IMG/VR virus record: IMGVR_UViG_3300009151_000076
Coordinates: 1 to 62,494 of that record
Strand: one strand, 5' to 3'
From: a virus
Lineage: Duplodnaviria > Caudoviricetes
Length of the DNA stretch: 62,494 nucleotides
The notes under the pieces are model-generated. The model did not search any database. It was not told where the DNA came from and saw only the letters and a list, made by a program, of their open reading frames with translations. This document shows positions 45,501 to 54,700 of this stretch, piece after piece. The position numbers were made by a program, and so were the translations under genes. The stretch's first letter is position 1; every line of letters starts with the position of its first letter.

Positions 45501-46179
45501 CGGCACCGATGTTTACTGTAGGAGTGGTTCCTGTCGTACTAATAGAGACGTTACCTGCACTATTTCCAATATACAATGTTGAACCGGTAGCATATAAACC
45601 ACCAGTACCTGTAGTATTTGCTGCGACTGTACCATTAATATATAAAGCAGTTGTACTGTATGCGGCGTTAACGGTATTGTTTCCAACTGCCATCGCCGAC
45701 GCTGTAGCGGAGAACGCTCCGGTACCAGTGGTTGAATTGACGCCGCCTGTTATAGATATTGTATTTGTAAAAGCGTACTGCGCAGATAGATTGGCGTACG
45801 CAGTAAGTGCTGTGGAACCAATAAACACACCAGTAGTATTCATAGTAGCATTTGATAATGTATTACCAAGATAAATGCTGGATCCAGTAGCATATAAACC
45901 ACCTGTGCCTGTGGCATTCGCGCCTAGACTGATACTCGATGGTGTTATCTGGGTGTTGCTTAAAGTGTTAGCAAGGGATATAGTAGCTGTTATCTGAGTG
46001 GTAGTAGAGTTACCGATGGTGATTGCACCGGTGTTTGCTATTGATACAGTGGGTAGTGTAGTAGCGTTACCGGTATAAACAATAGAAGTAGTGTTCAATG
46101 TTAAGTTCGTATTAACGTTGACTTGTGTGTCAACGTTCGCTATGCCGTATATCCTGGTGCCACCGAGTAGATTTGCCAT
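42574..46179 (-). CDS. Tail fibre-like protein, 1201 aa
   Basis: Repeats of (A)NTTGTGG...GN.T.N; C-terminal GYTVLPNGIKMNWG domain typical of phage fibre tips. Confidence 0.8.
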   Translation of the reverse strand: MANLLGGTRIYGIANVDTQVNVNTNLTLNTTSIVYTGNATTLPTVSIANTGAITIGNSTTTQITATISLANTLSNTQITPSSISLGANATGTGGLYATGSSIYLGNTLSNATMNTTGVFIGSTALTAYANLSAQYAFTNTISITGGVNSTTGTGAFSATASAMAVGNNTVNAAYSTTALYINGTVAANTTGTGGLYATGSTLYIGNSAGNVSISTTGTTPTVNIGAGANFLIGGAVALSTGTGGFLANASQVVLGNSTIGASLTTSQITVIPTAAANTTGNGGFWLNPTIGMFLGNNAANVTVNTIAMVIGGGTANTSGTGGAALFAGPGVINTGLFIGNAAANISITHTSTGAQVMIGSTTTATTGTGGLQANLIGGGTIFLGNNSINSVHNTSSIVIGAGTGTTTGTGGAVVNASVLFLGNNTINATHNTSAITINPTADARNTGSGGLFANASTLFLGNAATNTTVNTTAITIGGPLANTTGTGGFFGTGNQLFIGNTAANISVNTTAILFGGGTATTTGTGGIKVGGGGGTQSGVVLIGNNIINAYFDVVQWYLNPTSDARNTGSGGFIANGYFLSIGNTGGNVQMSATPAPTLTISGTGTGLGGGVHNGSVMYVGNSTVNGYHSTSQIYINPTSDSRNTGSGGALINSIAFFIGNAVSNAWVNSGSSIALNGGTGLTTGVGGFTVDTTAIYYGNTASKFQANGSSIRIFRNGAVGNSTAIFMTPVSGGVAEVGPIFTLGFDGGQNGPGGATQWFPQGSGVFAVAQNLYNVNTSAIQLGNSTNYINFYTSGTNAANNPFIQAVGFSNASGPGSFNVNAYAVQFGNTTVNGWINSTSLAINPVATANGAGTGGVYISATGFFVGNSTVNSYHNTTSMVINPTASANTTGSGGVNITGTTIFVGNTLGSVQITRDGTGSLFVGNSTVNASISSVELRINQTASANTTGQGGVYITSSGYFIGNTATYVSAAPSNFTMGQSGGGASIFYTGISPSNTTGSGALQFNSTGGGPVLFAGNNAANLYWNGTYNTSEGSTLLVGTAIGTGTGGGKVNTSSFFAGNNTINALHSTSTITINPVAAATTTGTGGAVVNTSALFVGNNTSNATINTAGVYIGGKVTAAATGYTVLPNGIKMNWGSISANSLGVVGTFASAFTTLYNVTVSGTVSTAFVWLSGANNTTATVTTNSATSSTVYYHAIGV

Positions 46180-46198
46180 TTAACTATCCCTAAAAGAT

Positions 46199-48760
46199 TT
46201 ACGCTAGAGTTCCATCTGCAGTGAATACGTGCACTACGTTGGCTCCGACTATGTATGTGTTACCGCCGCTAAACAGCTGTGGTAATGGATATGATATGAC
46301 GACTATACCAGATCCACCGGTGTTTGCAGGAAGTGAAGTATTTGTATTACTAAAACCACCGCCACCACCGCCACTACCAGTATTTATAGCACCTGCAGTA
46401 GATGACTGATTGTTGCCAGTAGAGTTACCACCAGATGAACCAAAGACGCCTGCGCCTTGGCCACCAACACCCGAAGATCCACCAGCCCCTGGCTGAAAGT
46501 TTGTTGTAGTATTACCCTGACCTGATGGAGTATAATCGGTACCACCACCTCCACCTGCAGCATAGATAACTGATGTACCAGTTATAGAACTAGATACACC
46601 GTTACCACCCGGGCCTCCGATGCCAACTAAAGTGTTATTAAATGATCTTGTCTGGGATGCATCACCGCCATTGGCAGAAGCTCCTCCTCCACCCGCAGCT
46701 GACCTATTAGCAGTAAGTGAGTTCCACGAACCACCTCTATTACCCTGACCTAATGTATTAGCACCGCCTGTCATACTAGCATTAAGAGAAGTACCAGCTG
46801 CACCACCACCAGAACCACCTTGATAACTTACCGGTGTATCATAACTCGAACCCGCACCACCACCTATCGCAGTATAACTACCAAATACAGAGTTTGTTCC
46901 GTTTGCCCCTACCGCACCACCACTTCCTACAATTACAGAATAAACAACCCCTGTTAATAAGTTAGCAGTTGAGTTAACAGATATTAAGCCACCAGCACCG
47001 CCTCCTCCGGTACTTATAGAGCCATTAACAGATCCGCCACCGCCACCGCCAGCAACTACTAGCACAGAGGCCCCGGTAACTAGCTGTCCTTTCTGGTATG
47101 TGACTTCATCGAATATACCGGCTACCTGAAAGTTACCGTTGGGATAGAGTCTATTTGCAATATTTACAGATGAGTTAGCTAGAAGACCACCTATAGGGAT
47201 CGTGTACCCACCAGGTACAGTAGTATTTGACACCGCATTAAAATTATTAATCGTGTATTGATTAGGACTATTGTCTATGATAGTAGCCGACTGACACGTA
47301 AGTAAGGCAGTGTTAGGTACTTTGTAAAGTGGAAATACGGGCGTAAAGTTACTATTATATATCGCTACTCCATTTACAAGTCTCGTATTGGATATATTAC
47401 CTACAAAATACTGTGCGCTAATGATAGCATTAGCAGTAGATCCTATAAGCCAAGGCGATGTACCACCGCCTATTGAAGTTAAATTAATAGTATTACTTGC
47501 AACTAATACTCCGTCAAGGTACAGCTGTAGGGTTGTATTTGTTCTAGTAACAGCGGCATGGTGCCAAACATTATTTGCAATGATAGTATTAGAGAACAGA
47601 GAGGTATAAGAGGGACCAGCCGAATTACCGACAAAGCAGTTAATAGTATTTGCGTCAGATGATCCTGGCTGGTTTCCGGAACCAAAAGCGCCTATGACTA
47701 GAAAGAATCCATCAGACCAAGTAGAAGATCCTGGGTTAACATCCTTCGATATTATTGGGTGAACACTATTACTTGTTCCCTGCCAATTGAACCACGTCTC
47801 GACCGTCCAGTTTGACTGCGAACTGTTTAATAGGTCTATAGATCCGTTGGCAACATATGGCACTGATATGTACGAGTTACTGCCGGTAAAGTAGTCACTA
47901 TAAGATGCGCCTGCTACAGTCGTCGGTATCACCTCATCAAATAAACCTTTAATCAAAAAGTTACCGTTACTATAGACTTTTGAAGATGTACCAATAGAGA
48001 CAGTTACGTCATTTGATAGTGCAACCAGAGATGTATTGACATTCGTGGTAGTTATGTTTAACGGACCTACGTCAGAGACTGGTAGGGATTTATATGCTGA
48101 TAGATAATACTGAGTGTTAGCTGAACTGATATTAGTGGTAATTGTCGAGGGTGTAAAGTTTGCTGAATATTTCACGCCTTTTGATATAGAGTAATTTGCT
48201 ATAGCTAAAGGGCCACCGACAGTCAGCGTTGTTAAGTTACTAGCAGCGTGTGTACCAATAAGTGGGGTGATGTTAGGATTACTAGTAACAAAGGATAAAT
48301 TTCCAGTCTGGGTACCGGTAACACTGAGACCGTTTATATAAGTCGCAACAGTTGTTCCATTAAATGTCATGGCCATGTGATTCCACACACCAGGAACAAA
48401 AACACTATTAGCGGTTATATGCTGTAGAGCAGGTGTAGCAGTTAAATTATATACGTTGAGTGTTATTCTGTTATTTACATTTCCATCAAGACGTATGTCG
48501 GCTCCTGTAGGATTTGCTAAAGCAGTAAGATAATCAGAAAATAAAAATGAAGCAGTTGTATTAGAAGACTTGTTAAACCAAGTTTCAAATGTCCACGTTT
48601 GACCATTTGATAGAAGATTAAGAGAGGCATTTGCCAGATATATAAAGCTGTTGGCCGCGGGTCCGCCGCCGACACCTATGGCATAAGTTAAATTTACCTC
48701 ATCGAGTATACCCGATACGGCAAAGTTACCATTACTAAAAACTTTAGAAGTTGTAGCCAT
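46199..48760 (-). CDS. Virion protein with two LamG/ConA-like lectin domains and a glycine-rich C-terminus
   Basis: WTFETWF..WNHMAMT..YING and WTVETWF..WHHAAVTR..LYLDG; VLVVAGGGGGG..GGSGIVVISYP..HVFT; three YxNGNF...FDEV-type repeats. Confidence 0.82.
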   Translation of the reverse strand: MATTSKVFSNGNFAVSGILDEVNLTYAIGVGGGPAANSFIYLANASLNLLSNGQTWTFETWFNKSSNTTASFLFSDYLTALANPTGADIRLDGNVNNRITLNVYNLTATPALQHITANSVFVPGVWNHMAMTFNGTTVATYINGLSVTGTQTGNLSFVTSNPNITPLIGTHAASNLTTLTVGGPLAIANYSISKGVKYSANFTPSTITTNISSANTQYYLSAYKSLPVSDVGPLNITTTNVNTSLVALSNDVTVSIGTSSKVYSNGNFLIKGLFDEVIPTTVAGASYSDYFTGSNSYISVPYVANGSIDLLNSSQSNWTVETWFNWQGTSNSVHPIISKDVNPGSSTWSDGFFLVIGAFGSGNQPGSSDANTINCFVGNSAGPSYTSLFSNTIIANNVWHHAAVTRTNTTLQLYLDGVLVASNTINLTSIGGGTSPWLIGSTANAIISAQYFVGNISNTRLVNGVAIYNSNFTPVFPLYKVPNTALLTCQSATIIDNSPNQYTINNFNAVSNTTVPGGYTIPIGGLLANSSVNIANRLYPNGNFQVAGIFDEVTYQKGQLVTGASVLVVAGGGGGGSVNGSISTGGGGAGGLISVNSTANLLTGVVYSVIVGSGGAVGANGTNSVFGSYTAIGGGAGSSYDTPVSYQGGSGGGAAGTSLNASMTGGANTLGQGNRGGSWNSLTANRSAAGGGGASANGGDASQTRSFNNTLVGIGGPGGNGVSSSITGTSVIYAAGGGGGTDYTPSGQGNTTTNFQPGAGGSSGVGGQGAGVFGSSGGNSTGNNQSSTAGAINTGSGGGGGGFSNTNTSLPANTGGSGIVVISYPLPQLFSGGNTYIVGANVVHVFTADGTLA

Positions 48761-51700
48761 TATCCAAATACCGTGTCAAGTGATCCTGTAGTTGCGTTAT
48801 AGTACGTGTATGCTTGGTTAGCCCCTGTAGAGTTAGCAAAACCGACACGAGCTGCTGTATATATGTTACCGTTTGCGCCTATCCCACCAAGAGTAGTGAT
48901 GGCCCCAGAGTTGGAGTTGACTGACGCGGTCGTGTTGGTGAAGGCATAGCTTGATGCCAGATTGACTGAACCACCACCCGTTGCTGTCGACCAGTAAGCG
49001 TTGCTGCTGCCGTTTGAGGTTAATACCTGACCCGCAGTTCCGTTCGAGCCGTTGAGCTGAACCACACTGTTCGCGCCAAGTATACCGTTATGCGTGGTTG
49101 TATTGCTGAACGATATTGTATTTGTGAAGGCATACTGAGCGGCTACGTTAACTGACGCTGCACCAGGTGATGACCAATAGACGTTGCTCGTACCGTTTGA
49201 CGTTAAGTATTGACCGGCTGTGCCTGAGTTACCACCAGCAATAACTGCGGCATTTACTGTCAAGTTAGCAGTGTGTAATGCTAAGTTACTAAATGTAACA
49301 GTATTACTATATGACTGTGTTCCATTATATGTAAAGTTTGCAGTCGTATTGACAACGTTTGTTAATGCAGTGCTAAGATAAGTGTTTGTAACAAATGTAG
49401 ATAAGCCATAACCACCAAAGTATAGTGAGTTGTTTGACGTGCCGCTGAATGACGTAACAGTACTATTAGTGCTTATTGCGGCGTTGACTGTGGCACTACC
49501 AAACGTGATAGTATTACTAAATGTAGTTGTATTACTAAAAGTTTGTGAAGCATTTAAAAGTGCTATGTTTGTATTAGTATAGGCAATTGCGTTGGCATAT
49601 GCTTGTGCAGCATTACCTGAATAAGCAATTGCGTTAGCATACGCTAGTGCAGCGTTGCCAGAATACGCAATGGCATTGGCATAAGCCAGTGCTGCGTTGC
49701 CAGAATAAGCTATCGCGTTGCTGTAGGCGTTGTCGGCCTTATTACCTGCATACGTGACGGCGTTGCTGTATGCGTTGGCAGCTTTATTGTCTGCATAAGT
49801 TACTGCATTGGCATAAGCCAGTGCTGCGTTGCCAGAATAAGCTATAGCATTTGAGTAAGCATTTGATGAGCGATCGATGAGTTGCTGTGCCGTGTTACCA
49901 TTCAGTGTCGACGAATCGGTAGCAATAGTTGACCAGTAAACGTTGGCTGTGCCATTAGACGTAAGAACTTGACCGGCTGTACCTTGGCTGCCAGTAGAAT
50001 CATAGACCGATATACCAGGATTAATCTTAACATTCGCGTTAAGCGAGAGGGCAGTGTTTGTGCTAGGAAGAGGCCCATAAGTTCCTGCATTTAATACGCC
50101 GCCGTTATTTGTCGTAACAATGCTATATAGCCCAGCATCAGTGAAAACGTTGCTAGTAAAGAGAAGTATCTGGGTGCCGGTAATTGCAGTTAGATGCGTC
50201 GTTGGTGGTGTAAATCCAGAAAGCGAGTAGACTGTATTACTGGTAGTAACTCTGAAGTCTATTATCTTATATGAACCAGCGCCGCTTGTTGTTGAATAGA
50301 ACTTCAAGCCGCCAGTATTAAGTGTACCGTTCTGTGTAGCACCACCGCTACCACCCTTACCGCCGTGTGTAGGTGTAGCAGTTGGGGTTATAAATGTGCT
50401 GCTGGTGTACCACGTTGCAGGTGAACCATCCACGAACAGGTATGTCTGGCTACCAGTACCAATATAAGCTATGTGATGCCAAGTGTTTGCAGCTATGCTA
50501 AACCCACCGGCATATTCAGTGACATACGCGTAGTTTCCAATATACGCGCCATTATTAGCAATTTGGAAAACAAGACCATCTGGGCTTGGAGCTAATAGAA
50601 CTGAAGTAGGCGTAGTATTAGTTGTAGGGAAGTTAACCCAGAATTCTAAGCAGTAACTATTGCCAACGCTGGATACTGTATTAGAGAAACCAGCTGTAAG
50701 ATTAGCAGTTCCAGTGAAGGAAAATACGTTGGCCAGTGTTAACGACGTGGTATTTACAGTCAGCACATTAGTAAGATATGCGTTACTAACATATGCATTA
50801 CTTAGCGCGCCGTTAAGATATATCGAGTTATTAGACGTACCGCTAAACGATGTTACACTGCTATTTGTACTTATTATTGCATTGACGGTGGCATTACCAA
50901 ATGAGATTGTGTTACTGAAACTCTGAGTATTAGTCCAAGCATATTGTGCAGCAACGTTCGTGTTGATAAGCTGTGTGCCGCCAACATAAAAACCAGTGGT
51001 ATTGATAAGAGCATTTGATGTGTTATTACCGACAAATATTGTTGTTAAGTTGGCAGTAAGACCACCTGTTCCAGTTGTCGTCAGAGATCCACCACCCATT
51101 GTGAGAGTGGTAGGTGACAGTGTAGAGTTGACCGTGTTGTTACCCATAGATAACAGGTTATTAGCAAATGCCAGAGTGCCTGTGCCGGTTGTAGCCGCGG
51201 TGCCACCGGTTATCTTGATCTCAGAGTTAACTGTAACGTTTGCAGCAAATGTGTGTATATTTGTCCAAGCGTATGTGGCGTCTACGTTAACAACAGCCGC
51301 GGCGGGTGATGTCCAGTAAGGAGCTCCAGTGTCGCCGTTGCTCGTCAAGAAGTATCCGAGAGTGCCGTTGCTTCCTGTTAGTGCTATAGCACCATTGATA
51401 GCTAGAGTCGCATTAGTCTGTACGTTACCGGTAAATGTTGTTCCAGTCTTGAGCGCTATGTTTGTATTAGTATATGATATAGCATTTGAGTATGCATTAT
51501 CAGCTTTATTACCGGCATATGTTACGGCATTCGAGTAGGCATTTGATGAGCGGTCAATAAGTTGCTGAGCTGTATTGCCACCGAGTGTTAACGCGTCTGT
51601 GGATGCAGATGACCAGTAAACATTAGCAGCACCATTAGATGTGAGAACTTGCCCAGCAGTACCCTGGCTGTCAGTCGAGTCATAGATAGCAATTCCTGTA

Positions 51701-54700
51701 TTAATTTTAACGTTAGATGTAAGTCTTAACGCAACGTTTGCACTAGGAAGCGGACCCACGACTGTAGGGGTTACAGTACCACCATTATTTGTAACACTCA
51801 GGCTATATGGACCGGCATCCGTGAAAGTATTGCTCGTGAATAGCAATACTTGGGTTCCGGTTATAGATGTCAGGTGCGAGGTCGGGGGTGTAAATCCAGA
51901 AAGCGCGTAGACTGTATTGCCTGTAGTAATTCTAAAGTCTATTATATCAAAAGCGCCGGCACCAACAGCATATCCTGACGAGAGACTTAAAGGTGAAAGT
52001 GCTAATATACCATTCTGTGTATAGCCACCCTGTCCGCCCTTACCACCATGTGTAGGTGTCGCAGTCGGAGTAGCATAAGAGTTACTAGTATACCATGTTG
52101 CACGAACACCGTCTACATAGAAGTACGTGTAGTTGCCAGTGCCTATATAAGCATAGTGGTGCCAAGTATTAGCTGCCACATTAAATCCACCTGGGAATTC
52201 TGTCGTATAGCCACTTTCTGAGATGGTAGCACCATTGTTTGCAATAGCTATTTGTAGTGAGCTAACACCGCCAGTAGTTATATTTGTAGCACTACTATTA
52301 GTTGTGGCAAATCTAACCCAGAATTCTAAGCAGTAACTATTACCGACACTCGTGACAGTATTAGCAATAGTGACTCTAACGTTAGATGTACCGCTGAGTG
52401 AGAATACGTTAGCAAATGTCTCGGAACCAGTCTGTACATACATTGACTGGGTAAGGTACGAGTTACTAACATATGCGTTAGGATTTAAACCGTTAAGGTA
52501 CAGTGAGTTATTGGCTGTTCCAGAGAATGCCGTTGAGTTAACAACAGAGTTAACTGTTGAGTTACCAATTGTAAGACCAGATACGTCTAGAGTTACACTC
52601 GCAGTAGTATTTGATATAAACACACCATTATTAGATATGTCTGTATTAACAGTAGTATTACCAATCGAGAGGTTACCAACGGTTACTGCAATCGAGTCTG
52701 CTGAAAGATCAGCAGCCGTAGACATAGATGTCCAGTACGCGCCACCAGTACTATTTGATGTTAGAACCTGCGCGCTAGTACCGATGGATCCATTAGCAAT
52801 AATATTTCTAATATAAGCATTAGACCATATTCTGGTTGCAGCACCAAGATTTAAACTATTCGTACTAGGCGTGATATTGACGTTAGACTGCCAAGAAGTT
52901 GTTGGATCATCAAACACAAGGTTAGCCGATGTGCCAGCCACGATACCGGCGCCATCTGTCAACATACTATTGGCTGCACTATTTGCAAAGATGATGTTAA
53001 GATCGTTTGTAGTTATCACTGTCGAGTTGACAAACGTAGTAGTTCCGGCAAGGATAAGATTACCAGTAACTGTCAGGTTTTTATCGATAGTAACGTTGCC
53101 AGTAAACTTAGTAGATGTCGTATTAAATGCCGTGCTGTTAATTGTCGTATTAACAGTAGAGTTACCAATCTTAAGCTCGGAGCCGGTGAAAGAACCACTA
53201 TTGACATAGAAACCATTTGTATTAGCAGAAATGTATACAGTTCCGTTACCTGCATAGAATCCACTGTCATTTGCAGTAAAGCCGCCGCCTTGGTCTGAAG
53301 GATTAACAGCTGTGATATATGGGCTGTTGGCACCGATAGAGAAGTTCATATAGTTAGAGCTATTACCTAACTGTATAAATGAGGTGTTAACACTGAATAT
53401 ATTAGAGCCTAAAGCAAAAGAACTACCTTGCGGGAAGTATGCAGTTCCTCCACCACCACCGTTACCCATGTGGTCATTAAATCCAAGACCAAAGAATGGT
53501 CCGACACCGGTGGATCCACCTGGATTTTGAGCAATGAATATATCAAGGGCGGTCGTGCCGTTTGTTATATAAACTGATTGGTTATTAACAGTGACATTTG
53601 TTGTACTTGCTAGGCCACCAACAGTTATGTCATTATTAACAATACTATGGTTGGCGTAGAGGTTATTAGTCTTTACGTTAGATGCCGTAATAGGTGGAGA
53701 CGCGCCGTTGATATAGAAGCCAGTAGTATTAGCTACCACATTAGATGTAGTATTACCAGCATAGAATCCTAACTCATTTGCAGTAAAACCACCTCCAGCA
53801 GAATCTGGGATTACAAACTTAATAGATGGGTTATTATTAACAGACAAGTTCATATAGTTGGTAGTATTACCTAACTGCATGAATGATGTATTAACTATGA
53901 ATACATTCCAGCTTACGCCAAAGCCACCACCCTGTGGGAAGTATGCCGTAGATCCTCCTGGGCCTTGACCTACACGGTTATCAAATCCAATAGTAAATAG
54001 AGGTCCCGCGTTTGTGTCAGGAAGCATCATGAAGCTATACTCATGGGAGCTACCATTTGACATGCGGAATATAGAAGAGTTAACAACTGTATTGACAGTA
54101 TTACCTATAGACAAACTACTTAAATTTAATGTAGTAGATGTTAGAGTATTACTGATAAAGATACCAGTATTAGATATATCGGTGTTATTAGTAGTATTAC
54201 CAATTGATAGATTACCAACACTGATAGTCATGGCGTCAGCTGCTAGGTTACCTACACCTGTTCCCCAGTATACTCCGCCAGTTGAGTTAGTAGTTAGTAT
54301 CTGACCGTTTGTTCCAGCTGCACCGTTAGCAATAAGCTTGCTAACAGATACATTTGTAGTAGCTAGACTATTACTATTAATTGTCGTGTTGACAGTTGAG
54401 TTACCTATAGCAATTGTAGATAAATTTACTGTCGTTGTTGACGTAGAGTTACTAATGAAGATACCAACATTAGACATGTCAGTGTTAACTGTAGAATTAC
54501 CTATCGATAGGTTACCAACACTGATAGTCATAGCAGATGCGGCTAAGTTACCAACACCGGTTGACCAGTATACTCCACCGGTCGAGTTGGTAGTTAGTAT
54601 CTGACCGTTTGTTCCGAGTGATCCGTTTGCAACCAGAGTATTTGCAACTATATTAGCGTTGAATACGACATTACCGGTAAATGTAGTGCCTGCCTTGAGG

